A stretch of 64,000 nucleotides of DNA from Octopus sinensis (lineage: Eukaryota). The stretch covers positions 160,146,001-160,210,000 of the forward strand of contig NC_043000.1 in assembly GCF_006345805.1 (NCBI RefSeq). The letters run 5' to 3'. The position numbers were made by a program, and so were the translations under genes. Of the stretch, positions 1 through 16,275 are shown piece after piece (position 1 is the stretch's first letter; every line of letters begins with the position of its first letter). The notes below the pieces were generated by a model. That model saw only the letters and a list, made by a program, of their open reading frames with translations. It did no database searches and was not told the DNA's origin.

Positions 1-2728
<2,728 letters not shown>

Positions 2729-2729
2729 C

Positions 2730-2943
2730 AGGCGGCAAGCTGCAGAATCGTTAGCATGCCGGACAAAACAGTTCGTCCCATTTTGTCCGTCTGTACACTT
2801 TCAGTTCAAATTCCTCCAATGTCCACTTTGCTTTTTATCCTTTCTACATCGATAAAATTGGAACCAAGTGAACGCAGCGTCAATGTAATCAATTAACCCC
2901 TTCTCCAAAATTTCAGGCTCTTTGTATCTATAGTGGAAATAAT

Positions 2944-2944
<1 letters not shown>
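2730..2944 (+). mobile_element. tRNA-derived SINE family A (diverged copy)
   Basis: ggcggcaagctgcagaatcgttagc head, gttcaaattcc B-box-like motif, body matching copies at 24021, 27560 and 45733. Confidence 0.85.
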
Positions 2945-2975
<31 letters not shown>

Positions 2976-3062
2976 TTCTTCTTCTTCTTCTTCTTCTTCT
3001 TCTTCTTCTTCTTCTTCTTCTTCTTCTTCTTCTTCTTCTTCTTCTTCTTCTTCTTCTTCTTC
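2945..3062. repeat. (CTT)n microsatellite
   Basis: Near-perfect CTT run. Confidence 0.98.
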
Positions 3063-4820
3063 TCCTTCATTATTATTATTAATTCCTTTTTTTTACTGAC
3101 AAGATGACAGTAGGGAAAATGTCTTTCTCTGGCTTCACTTTATGTTTTACAATTATAACTAAAAGTGTTTTCATTTTGGACATTTATTGAATGTGTTGGA
3201 AAGTCTACTTCTAGGGTCATTACACAACAAAATCTGTTTTTAAATAAATGATTTTGAATTTATTCTACCGTAAAACACTAAAGTAGATATACAGCATCTT
3301 TTCTCCGATTCTGATTTCAGAAAGATGACATTCAACAAAGCAAAATAACCACAAAAGCAACGTATAAATAGCAAAACTATGTCACTGAAGACGCAAACCA
3401 TCGTTATTGAATGAAAACAAAAACTGTAACAGCATTCCAATAGAACAATAAACTTAACAGTTACTGTTTACAACGACAGCAACGATAAAAACAAGAGTAT
3501 TCATGCAGCTATCTTTCCGGATGTTACGACGAATACGAAAAGGCCCTCAATATGTAACATGTTACTGAAGGTTGGAAAGCTTGGAATGTATTTGTTCACC
3601 GGATTTGCAGCAGAAAGCTAGTGAAAAGAGAAAAGTAGACATCCTTATTCCATCTAAAGGAGAGACAGAGACAACTCTGTTAGATTTTAAAGTGAAATAG
3701 CCTTCTTTGGAGAATGGGGGCCATATGACACTTTATGTGATATTGTTAAAATAGAGACCAGCATAGAAAGCAAAATATAAAGTATGTGACACACGTACTC
3801 GTAATCAAGCTATGCAATATTACCGAAGACGATATACAAGGGTTTCCAGCAGAGACAACAATGATGACGTCTAGCAGGGACAACGATAATGATATTGTTA
3901 CGTTTGTAGCTCAATAATAGTAAGTAGTCAGTTCGGATCTAACATTTGGTAGACTGGAATCACATATATTCATCTTGTATGATTGCAATAAAATACCAGA
4001 ACGCTGTCCTATAGAGAATATTGATAAGAAGACCTTAATAATCAGCATCTATTGTATACGATGCGGCTACTACACATATGGTAGAAAAACACACAAAACC
4101 GTTCTGCACAGAACGTCTATAAAAACAAAAAGAAGAACAAATCATAGTAATTATAGGTCCTAGAAGCACGCAATTTACAAATATTGTAATCAGCAAATAA
4201 GATTACTCTGCTATCATTACAAGAAGTGAACCATGAGGTTCAAAAACACCTCACCTAGTCACAAATGGTGAAGAACTAAATGTCGAACACAGTAACAATA
4301 ACCACAGCTAGTATGGAACGACCAGGAAGTAACAGATCCTAGCATGACCACACTCATATTATGATGTTGGAAATGATTTGAAGGTCGATAATAATAAGAC
4401 TTTCTAAAAAGACTAACAACTGCAGCGGGATAAATGAAAAACAGTTATGAAAAATCCGAGGAGCAGCATCACCTTGAACAAAATGAAATCGGCCGCGACT
4501 TGAAAAGATAATCTGTAATAAATGTTTATACAGCATTAACATAAAATATCAGGGCGAAGTGCAGATCGAGAAGAAAACCTGATTTCATGTTAAACTCTGC
4601 ATAAAACACAGAATGCTAGGACATATTTCGGATGGACTGTATGAAGTGTTGTTTTGGTGATGGATATATGTGCAATCTTTTGCCCTCTATATAAAGAATA
4701 ATTCACGGTAAATTTTCAAATTTAGAAGTGTAACCAGGTAATTAGCGTACTCCGGTCAACGCAGAAGACAATTTTTAAAATTACAAATCTTGTTTTAAAT
4801 ATTGCTCCTTTAATCATATA

Positions 4821-5231
4821 CTTTTAATCTTTTACTCGTTTACATGTTTCAGTCATTTTGACTGCGGCCATGCTGGAGCACCGCCTTTAGTCGAGCAACT
4901 CGACCCCGGGACTTATTCTTTGTAAGCCTAGTACTTATCCTATCGGTCTCTTTTGCCGGACCGCTAAGTGACGGGGACGTAAACACACCAGCATCGGCTG
5001 TCAAGCAATGCTAAGGGTACAAACACAGACACACAAACTCATACACATACATACACATACATATATACGACAGGCTTCTTTCAGTTTCCGTCTACCAAAT
5101 CCAATCACAAGGCATTGGTCGGCCCGGGGCTACAGCAGAAGACACTTGCCCAAGATGACACGCAGTGGGACTGAACCCGGAACCATGTGGTTGGTTAGCA
5201 AGCTACTTACCACACAGCCACTCCTGCGCCT
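4821..5231 (-). mobile_element. tRNA/CORE-type SINE family B, uninterrupted reference copy
   Basis: Minus strand: aggcgcaggagtggctgtgtggtaag head with ggttccgggttcagtccc B box; cttgggcaagtgtcttc CORE-like motif; short internal CA/TA tract; ggcggtgctccagcatggccgcag tail. Confidence 0.9.
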
Positions 5232-6150
5232 ATATATTTATGTGTCTGCCTCTGTGTGTGTGAATATGAGAGTATGTGTATGTATGTTTGTGTGTATATA
5301 GGCATGTATGTATATATGATGAATGTATGTATATATGTATATATGTATGTATGTATATTTTATTTTTGGACAAATTGACAATCTGGTAGGCAAATATGGA
5401 TATGGATGTCTATGATGAAGTAATACCTACGTCTGCAGAACACGGAAGAGAAACGTAAGACTGTATTACTGATATACAAAGTAGCACACGCACTGTCCAT
5501 GTACGGAAAGAGCAAAAATAACAAGGCAAAAAATATAATATAAAAAATAAATAAATTTTGGAATCAAATTTCCGAAAATAATAATGTTAAAGATTTAATT
5601 TCAACTGATAGAATGTTTATGTGAAAGATGCATCGTATTTGTGCAATCTCTATACATGAAATGTACAAAAAGTAGTTTTGATACAACTATCTAGATCCAT
5701 GTAATTACAATTAACATGCATGTATATACATGCGTATATATAAATTTACGCACGCACACATGCATATATATGTATATATATATATATATGCATGTTCGTG
5801 TGTGCGTCTTGGTGTCTATATGTATATGCATATATACATACATACATATATACATATATATACATATATACATAACGATAGATAGATAAATAGATACACT
5901 GATATACATATACATACGCACACATACATTCATAAAATTTATATACGCATGCATATATGTGTGTTTGTCGTATATGCGTGTTTCCAGCCAATTAAATAAT
6001 TACGCATTTTGAACCTTATCTTTAATATAACACACGTTCCAGTAATTTCCTTAACGATTTCCGTATTATTACTTCTTGCCATAGGTAGATTTCTTTGACA
6101 TGTGTCTTTAAATAGATAGCAGAATTGCCTTTGGATTTATACAAATCTTG

Positions 6151-6683
6151 TGTTTTGTTCCTACTATTACTTGGGTGTGGTGCACTTTGGGAACTCATAT
6201 TGAGACGGGTGTGGAAAATCTAAAATAAAACATATTGAAATCTTGTTTTTATTAATGCTGGTTAATCAGACATGCGTGCTCCATATCTACACGTATGTCT
6301 CTCTCGTATGTTTCTTTGTGTGTGTGCTAGTGTCTTTGTGTGTGTTTCTTCTGTTCATTTGTACATCTGGATAAGTATGTGCTTGATTGCTTGTGTGTGT
6401 TTATGTGAGTGATTTTATGCTCGCGGGTGAACATGTTTTGTTCCTGCTATTACTTGGGTGTGGTGCATTTTGGGAACTCATATTGAGACGGGTGTGGAAA
6501 ATCTAAAATAAAACATATTGAAATCTTGTTTTTATTAATGCTGGTTAATCAGATATGTGTGCTTCATATCTACACGTATGTTTCTTTGTGTGTGTTTCTT
6601 CTGTTCATTTGTACATCTGGATAAGTATGTGCTTGATTGCTTGTGTGTGTTTATGTGAGTGATTTTATGCTCGCGGGTGAACA
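6151..6683. repeat. Tandem duplication (units of 283 and 250 bp)
   Basis: 6151-6433 and 6434-6683 are nearly identical apart from a 33-bp net length difference, essentially one GT-rich indel. Confidence 0.95.
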
Positions 6684-7315
6684 TTTGTTTCTGAATAATT
6701 TTAAGCTTCTCTGCTTGTACAAATGATTGCCTGCTTATGTAGCTGTTTGCATCAACGTCTGCGTGGGAGATGTATGACTTTGCGTGTTTGTATGTATGTT
6801 GCATTCGATTGCGTGTTGTGAGCGTTCCATTTATGGTCTTTTTTATGTATGTACGCTGTTCTGTGATGTAGAATCTCTGTTTTTCAAAAAGTGCCTATTG
6901 TGAAACAAGAAAAAGATCGCCACAGCATGGCAACAACCGCAGGGCTGAAACGTTTAAAAGAATAAAAGAATATTTAGTACAAATTATATATAAGTAAGTA
7001 GACTTGCGTGAGACAACCTCATTTTTAGATGTAAATTTGTTTATGCTAATTCTATTTATTGCTTCTACGCATTTTTGTGTACCTGTCTTTGCATAAGTGC
7101 GTATGTAACTCCCATGAAGTTACATAATCGAGATTTTGGAAAATATGGAAAAGGAAATATGGGACAAGATCTGGGATTTTAACAGGGTTGTGAAACCAAT
7201 ATACAAGTCTCAGTGATATTAATCATTTTCGATGATGCATATTTAAATATTTCGGGAAATTATATATATATATATATATATATAGATATATATGTATATA
7301 ATAATAATAATAATA

Positions 7316-7363
<48 letters not shown>

Positions 7364-8593
7364 TAATAATAATATTAGGGAATATAATTCAAAACTTACA
7401 GGGAAAAATTCAATTTAGTATTAACCCAAATTTCACAATATAAATATATATAACATATATATATATACACAAAGAAACGTATACACGCGCACTCAGTGAT
7501 ACGCATATTTACGCATGTGTTTGTGCGTGCACGTGTGCGAATGTGTTTACTTTTATGAACGAGAGAGACAAATACTTAATGCATAAGTAGCGAATTAATT
7601 TACATTTTCTCTAGTAAGAAATTCTGATGGAAGATCGCAACAACAAGCGATTCTCATTTGTGGTATCTCGAAGAAAGCTATGATTCCCTAAAATTTTCTC
7701 AGAACTTTAAAATTATTATCATCAGCGCTTTTATTGCTTTGTCTTTTTTTTTTTCTTGAGAGAGCTTGGATACCTAATTCTTTATTACTCTTCTTCTTAG
7801 TAGAAATAGGAATATTTAACTGTGAGGTGCCCTAAATTTTCTGAAGAAAGCTGCTGATGTAACTATAATAAATTTTAACGAAACAAATCCGAACATGAAT
7901 TAAAGTTGCATTCTCTACGGAACCACAATTTTTCTCTTTGTTCTGCCATTTCTTTTATATATATTTCCTTAGAGTTTCTATCTAAATAAAATGTGTGACA
8001 CATTTCTCCCGCAATATTTTCATATCATGACTAAATCATTAACGAAGCTAAACTAAAAAACAGTTAAATATTAAATGATAAAATTTGGCAGATAATATGT
8101 CGAGAAATAACCAAAGTTATCATTACCACTGCAACACATAAAAATGCAAATATCTAATGATAGTTGATTAACATTATTTAAGTTAAGCGCACGGTCGCGG
8201 TCGATTACGTCATCCTTCAGTACTCATGAAAAGGAGAAAGCCATTTGAAGAGATTTGAACAAGGAACTTGAAGAAATGAAAGTTATTTTCTTGACCTTTT
8301 GTACCGGTTTTGACAACTCTTAATCACTCGAGCTACGCTCGGCCAGCTCATCTATTGAATTAGTCAATTTACATCAACTGATTCTTACGTCGTAAAATTC
8401 GTTCATGTAAATTGCGGAAACATGACCGATGGGATCGAAATTCAAAATGGAATAGAACTTAGTTCCATATACTAAGACAATTTTCTGCCGAAATACTGAT
8501 TCTTCGGTCCATAGATAATATATTCCAAATGAGTAATACAAAATTCGTTAAGCGTAGCCCAGATCATGTCTAAAGTAATATATGTATATATAT

Positions 8594-8624
<31 letters not shown>

Positions 8625-10046
8625 ACTGATTAATGGGTATTACAATTCGGTATCGATTTTCGTTAGGTAGCAGTATATTTGGATTGTCTGGGGAGAATTA
8701 ATGGACAAAATGTATCAAGTTGAGAGGATTTTGCATTTGAAATAAATGATAAATATAAACACGTTTTATAAATATATTACTTACTGTGAGGCACAGTGAC
8801 AAATATACAAAAGCAAAACCAACTATGCAAACACAAACACACTTGGATACATACATACATATGTATATATGAGTGAGGTAGCGTGTGAGTGGGGGCGAAA
8901 ATATGTGTGCATGTATATGAATGTAATATATGTATATCTACAAATGCATGTAATATACATGTATATGTATGCATACACGCGCATATATTCATTTATAAAG
9001 GTATTTCTTGGATCGGCAGGAGTATAGAACAATAAATATAGGTTTTTTAACAGCCGCAGAATGCCTGAAAGTTTGGAGAAGTGTTTAGAAGAATCTATTG
9101 ATCCAAATACCTGAATGGTACTTTTATTTCATCGACCACGTAGTGATGAAATAGAAAGTTGAATATGGCAGTATTTAAAGAAAGAACGTAAAGAAACAGA
9201 AAAATAGTTCTAGATATATTGTCCTGCACTTTATGATAACTTTCTATCATAAAACAGTGAGAGATAAATCGTCTGAATTATCTAATATTTGACCTACATA
9301 TTTTTGGTTGCATCAACAAAATTCCACATTGATGATACCATGCAAGCAAACTGATGTTCAGTAGACTTAGAAGTTTAAATCTTGCGTATAGGGCTGAGCT
9401 CAATCGGTGGCGTGAAATTGGGGATAATTCAATTTGCGAACAACATATTAGGGTACAATCTTCAATAAGAAATTTTTCTTAATAAATTTAACAATAATTA
9501 ATAATTAAATTAATAAATAATAAAAAATAAATTAATTGTTATAGGAGTGATTCGTTATTGCACATATGATATCGGTCATTTTCATTTAGAGGAATTTTCT
9601 AACATAGCAGACTACGTTTTGAAACTTTTCAAAAGCATTTCATAAAATTGATTTGGCAACCCTACAATAATCAGTGAAAATTCGTAAGTTAGTAAGAATC
9701 CATAAAGTGGATATCATCAGTTATTTGCACCCAAATTTATGATGTAACCCATACCTAAATGTCCGTGTAGAACACTCTGGTGAAATCCAATCATATTAAT
9801 GCCAGTCCAAGCTACAATTTATTCTCGACAAGCACTACGCTGAAAATGAATTTTATATTCAGTCAATTAGCAGGGTCGATATAGTTGACAATATTTATCA
9901 TCATTATGCCTATTTAAATTACCTTAATAACGTTGGCACATTTTTGCGACCGGTTTGTAATTACACATACCTGTTCTTGGTATCTATTTATAATAACGTA
10001 TACTTGATCAACCATGTAATTACTTGAATTGGTTGCTGTAATGGCG

Positions 10047-10383
10047 TGAAGGCGCAATGGCCCAGTGGTTAGGGCAGCGAACTCGCTATCGTAGAATCAC
10101 GATTTCGATTCCCAGACCGGGCATTGTGGGTGTTCATTGAGCGAAAACACCTGGTGGCGAACCCTGCTGTACTTTTTCAACGTAATTTTCTCTTACTCTT
10201 TCTTCTGTATTTCAAAGGACCAGCCTTGTCACACTCTATGTCACGCTGAATCTCCCCGAGAGCTACATTAAGGGTATAAGTGTCTGTGGAGTGCTCAGCC
10301 ACTTGCACGTTAATTTAACGAGCAGGTTGTTCCGTTAATTGGATCAACTGGAACCTTCGTCGTCGTAACCTACGGAGTGCCAC
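10047..10383 (+). mobile_element. tRNA-derived SINE family C (internally deleted copy)
   Basis: ggcgcaatggcccagtggttagggcagc A box and tttcgattccc B box; homologous to 32941-33316 and 61311-61694. Confidence 0.9.
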
Positions 10384-10974
10384 GACTCGACAGTAAAAGC
10401 ATATCAATAGAGAATGAATGCAAAACATCGATTATGTAATATTAAATCTTATATAGTTTGGTATGAAAAATTGAATTTTTCATCATTACTTGTCACATAA
10501 TGAAAATGGAAATGGAAAAATATCTGTAAATTTAGTAAGTGACGTATCGAAATACGTTAAAATTTATATTAATTGTCAAGCAAATGAAGGATTATAAATA
10601 AAGTCGTTTATTTGTTTTTCAGTTAATAAACACAGTATTAATAATTAATCTCTTAATTAGTAATCACAAAGTTGGTAAGCATACAACGTACCTTGTGGTA
10701 TGCAAATTATTGCGTTATATTTAAAGTTTAAATATTTCCGGAACTGGGAAAAGACAAAATGAATATGCTATTTGCCGAATGAAATTCACAGTAACACTTG
10801 GTTAAACGTGAACTGGTAGCTCCAAATCGCTTGTTGACTTGGTTAATAACTTTTAAGTTCTAAGCTCAAATCTTGCTGTAGTTAAACATTGTCATTCATC
10901 CTTCAAGTTCAATAAAATATAGCGTCACCGAATTACTAGAGTCAGACACAGAAATTTAACTTTACATAAATCGT

Positions 10975-11067
10975 CTTCTTCTTCTTCTTCTTCTTCTTCT
11001 TCTTCTTCTTCTTCTTCTTCTTCTTCTTCTTCTTCTTCTTTCTTCTCTTCTTCTTCTTCTTATTGTT

Positions 11068-11112
<45 letters not shown>

Positions 11113-11278
11113 ATCATCATCTTCATCATCATCATCACTACAATCATCATCATCATCATGATTATCATTATTATTATTATTATTATCATTATTATTATTA
11201 TTATTATTGTTGTTGTTGTTATTATTATCATCATCTTCATCAGCGTCATCACTACAATCATCATCATCATGATTATCA

Positions 11279-11344
<66 letters not shown>

Positions 11345-11366
11345 TATTATTATTATTATATTATTA

Positions 11367-11432
<66 letters not shown>

Positions 11433-11455
11433 CAGTAGTAGCAGTAGTAGTTGTT
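10975..11455. repeat. Compound trinucleotide microsatellite (CTT)(GTT)(ATC)(ATT)(AGT) with an internal duplicated block
   Basis: Direct reading; atcatcactacaatcatc occurs twice, about 115 bp apart. Confidence 0.95.
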
Positions 11456-11830
11456 GACAAATGTTGTTACTAACTAATTTAATTAGCATGGATGTTATCT
11501 TGAGGTTTGGAGACTAGATTCTTCAAAGGATTATTGTAAGGTTCAGAATGAATCCTTTTTCCTGGTCATTTCCAATAACCTTTACCCTATTGTCCCTTGT
11601 CCAATAACTACGCAATAAATATTACCATTATCTTCCACAATCTCTTCATTTACCAGGCTAACTCCTGATATTTATCAATTTTCTCGGTGTTGAGTTTCAT
11701 TAAATGGTTTGAATGGCGTTAGAATCAACAGAGTCACGGAAAACCCTTGCTTTTAGTTATGGATGTGTTCCACAGGGGAATAAAAATATGACGCAAGACT
11801 AAGAGTGATACTAAACGTATCACACAAAAT

Positions 11831-11862
<32 letters not shown>

Positions 11863-11886
11863 ACTACTACTACTACTACCACCACC

Positions 11887-11930
<44 letters not shown>

Positions 11931-11956
11931 TACTTCTACTATTGCTGCTACTACTA

Positions 11957-12006
<50 letters not shown>

Positions 12007-12032
12007 GCTACTACTACTACTACTACTACTAC
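11831..12032. repeat. (ACT)n/(ACC)n microsatellite
   Basis: Direct reading. Confidence 0.95.
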
Positions 12033-12869
12033 ATTTAACGCTAATTACTCATGATCACCTAACCGATCGCTATAGCATTATAATCATACTGTAGAACAAT
12101 TACACATTTCGTAAGGTGACGACTCACGGAATATACGTACACAGATAAAAATATTGTTTCATGGCAAAAAAACCTCGTTGGAAACTATCGTTAGAGTTGC
12201 TTAGCATGTGTACTTCAACATGCGAATACTTTACACAAGTATAAATTTTGAAGTTTTTCAGGGAAGAATAGATTGAACGAAATCCTTCAAGATGTTTTCT
12301 TTTTTTTTTATCATTATCTAAAATTACATTATCACGTATATTTAATACATATTTTGTATAATGATACGCCGGTTGACCACAGAAAAAAATTGGGCATAGG
12401 AAATCTAATTCAAATTCTCATATATTCCAATAACGGAAATGAGACATAGTCTATAACAAATTGTTATTGTTAGTACGAGCGTTACTAATTAAATATGGAG
12501 AGATAGAGAAGTTCCACACAAAATATATGTAGTCTCTCACTCGTTCACTCAATCACTCACCCACTCACTCACTCTCTGACTCTCTTACTCCCTCACTGGA
12601 ACACTCACTGACACACACACTGGTGGACCCACTCACTATATCACTCACTCCCCCACTCACTCATTTATTCATTCATGCATACATACGCATATAACATATT
12701 AGGTCGTCAACTATGAAATTTGTAGAAAAGAAAAAAATGTTTGCTAATGTTTTATAAATGGAAGGAATAGTTTTATTCATCAAAGTATGCACTCATATTG
12801 TCAATACACTTATGCCATTTCAGCGGTAGCTTGTCTAACCCGGAACTGTAAAAGCTTGGCAATCTAGAG

Positions 12870-13027
12870 TCAATAAAACCTTACTTCTCAACAACGTGGT
12901 TGCGGGTTCAGTCTCATTTCCATGGCCCCTTGGGCAAGTGACTTCTACTATAGCCTCGGGCGACCAAAGCCTTGTCGTTGAATTTAGTAGACGGAAATTG
13001 AAAGAGGCCCCTTGTAATATATATATA

Positions 13028-13088
<61 letters not shown>

Positions 13089-13300
13089 GTTTACATGTAT
13101 TAGCGTGTCTGTGTTTGTCCACTCACCATCGCTTGACAACCGATGCTGCTCTGTTTATGTCCCCCAAAATTAGCGGTACTGCAAAATCAGACAGATAAAG
13201 TACTAGGCTTATAAAGAATAAGTCCTGGATCGATTTCTTCTAGCAAAGGCGGTACTCCAGTATGGTCGCCTTTAAGTGAGTGAAACAAGTAAAACAGTAA
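12870..13300 (+). mobile_element. SINE family B, diverged
   Basis: ccttgggcaagtgacttctactatagcctcgggcgaccaaagcc core, internal (TA)n, ggcggtactccagtatgg tail. Confidence 0.85.
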
Positions 13301-13577
13301 CAGACTAATTAATAATAGGGCGGTAATTAATAACATATTATTTATTAATTATATAATATGACAACATCTCTGACAGCTGTTCGATTCAGTAACATTTAAA
13401 TAATCATTTATAAAATTAAAATCATTATAAGATGAATCTCCTCAATCTTTACTGGATATATATATATATATATATATCTATATATATATATATATATTAT
13501 ATGTATATATACACACAAATCTGTGCGTGTGTGTGTGTGTATGCGTGTACATAAATGTACATGCATACACGCATATC

Positions 13578-13624
<47 letters not shown>

Positions 13625-14089
13625 ATATATATATTATATATGCATGTATTTATAAACATCCCCTCAGATAGATAGAGACAGATGATAGATTATACACAGT
13701 ATATCTCAGGGGGTCAGAATGTCTTGTACGGATGGGAGAAGGAAATAGCTATTTAACATAAATAGACATATGGAAGACATTAAGTTTAAAACAATTATAT
13801 AACACTTTTATAACCTGGGGGGACAAATTATGTTTTCCGTGTTTACTTCAGCAGTTGATATCTATCAAGAGACGTCTCAACACTGAGAGTTATAAATTAG
13901 CGACGCGAATTACATACATAGAAACGTCGATACATATTTATATAAATATATACATAGATATAGATATATACATATATATATATGTGTATATAAATATTAA
14001 ATATATATATATATATATATACATAAATATTGGTTTATATAGGTGAAGTGTGTAAATATATATACACATAAATGTATGTATATCAATTA

Positions 14090-14129
<40 letters not shown>

Positions 14130-14364
14130 GTATGTATATAAATATATATGTATATATATATATACATAATAAATGTATGCATATAAATATAAATATATAT
14201 ATATATACGTAAATGTATGCATGCATATAAATATATATAGGTATATATATATGTACAATTGTATTTATCTCTGTCTGTCTGTCTGTCTCTCTCTTTATAT
14301 ATATAATATATATATATATACGCAAATATATATATATATATATATATATTAATATATATATACG

Positions 14365-14395
<31 letters not shown>

Positions 14396-14730
14396 CGCAA
14401 TATATATATATATATATATATATACGCACAAATGTACATATATGGGTATGTCTGAGAGGTAAAGAGAGAGAGAGCGACAGAGAAAGATGCAATCCCGCAC
14501 TCATTCCTCATCGTATCAGGATGCAATTGCACTGAACTTTAAATATATATCTGTGGTATGTTTGTTTTATTTATTCAAGCTTTCCAGAATCTAGACTATT
14601 GTTTAAAGAAGATATTGTGTCTTAATGCCACGCGCCCTACTTGCAACATGTAGAAAACATTTTTGAAATATTTGCTCGTTTGGAATTTCCATGAACATAC
14701 GTGCCAAAACTCTGTATTTTTTATTTTATT

Positions 14731-14765
<35 letters not shown>

Positions 14766-14766
14766 T

Positions 14767-14830
<64 letters not shown>

Positions 14831-14863
14831 ACTAATATATATGTATATATATAATATAATATA

Positions 14864-14894
<31 letters not shown>

Positions 14895-14896
14895 TA

Positions 14897-15581
14897 GCTC
14901 GTAGGATGAGTTCCTGGTTCTTAAGAACTTTCCTGTCCAGAGAACAAGGTGTCCTCATTCCACTTTTCTCCCCCTTTGTACGGCCACACCTCGAATACTG
15001 CTGCCCACTGTGGTCTCCCCATACAAGACAAAACATCTCGAGGATTGAATCACCCCAGAGGGCACTCACTAAACGAATTGAAGGCATGGCTGCTATCGAT
15101 TATTGGGATCGCCTTAAAGCCTTGAAACTCTACTCTCTCCAGCGTCGCCGTGAGCGGTACATCATTTGTACGATGTGGAGAATATACCGTCAACTTTGCC
15201 CAAACGACCTGAACATTAGCTTCAAGGTCATCCAAGACTGGGACCACGGCCATACGTCCCCGCCCAATTCAAGATCACAGCATACATGTACACAGCAACA
15301 TAATTTCTTTTCCTCAACAGGCCCTGCCCTATTTAACATTGTCCCGAGGGAGATCAAAGAGGAAAAGGATCCCATCAACTTTAAACGGAGTCTGGATAGA
15401 TTCCTTCAAAGAATACCAGATAAGCCACCCATAATTGGATACAACTCACCCAACAAGAACTCTCTACTTGAATGGACCATAAACAAAACTTGACTTAAAC
15501 AGGATTCGAATAATCCTATCTGGTGGTGCTATTAAGTTAGACATGGCCTGGACCAATCTTTGGTCGAAACATATCTATGTT
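14897..15581 (+). mobile_element. 5'-truncated CR1-group LINE, family X (ORF2 C-terminus plus 3' UTR)
   Basis: ORF 14906-15493 has VRPHLEYCCPLWSPH and YSLQRRRERY, typical of the CR1-group ORF2 C-terminus; (TA)n on both sides. Confidence 0.9.
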
Positions 15582-15610
15582 TATATATATATATATATAT
15601 ATATTTATAT

Positions 15611-16275
15611 GAAAGAAGTCACCCCCACCTGGTGGACGCCCGGGAGGAGGTTTTGAATGAGAAACCTGCCGGGAAGTGAACCCAGGTGCAAGTTCTCCAA
15701 CCGGCAGCAAGGGCCATGGAGACGGAGAACCCGGTGGAAGAGGTAGAGGAGGAGGAAGAAGAACTAAAAGAAGGACTGGAAGAGCTAAAGGAAAAGAAAA
15801 AGCTCAAGCAGGACCAAAGGGTGAAACAACCAGGAATAGAAGTGGAACCGCAAAGGATGGAACCAAACAGCGCACACGGGTGTGTATGTTCTACCTGAGA
15901 GGTTCCTGCTGGCATGGAAAGGAAGGTGCAGGCTGCCGCTTTGCACATCGGGGACCCTGCCACAGAGACACGAGGCAGATGGACAAACCATCAACACAAA
16001 GAAAAGGGATGGGCCACGCACCACCTGCCCCAAAGCGGAGGTACGCAGATGTTGTGCGCGCCACAAACCGCCAACATGATGTTGTCGAAAGAGCAGCTGC
16101 TGAGCAACAATCTTTTTTGTGCATGGCACAAAAGATTGTACAGCAGCTGACCTGGCTTCATCAAACCCAAGCCCGCAGGTGGGACTACCCACTATATACC
16201 AGACCATCACAGCAAACAGACACAGGATGGACACCGCCGGCAACAACGTACACCTCACCTCGATGCTCCTACTGA
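15611..16275 (+). pseudogene. LINE ORF1 remnant: acidic/charged segment plus CCCH-type zinc finger
   Basis: EEVEEEEEELKEGLEELKEKKK (15686 frame) apparently shifts into CMFYLRGSCWHGKEGAGCRFAH (15676 frame), C-x7-C-x8-C-x3-H. Confidence 0.7.

Noticed and set aside
3440-4760. Complex A-rich stretch that might be a decayed retroelement
   Set aside because: No diagnostic motif could be read in any frame.
10047-10125. tRNA genes at SINE heads (also 33240-33316, 60835-60909, 61620-61694)
   Set aside because: A/B boxes are present but run straight into SINE bodies; no complete acceptor stem was seen.
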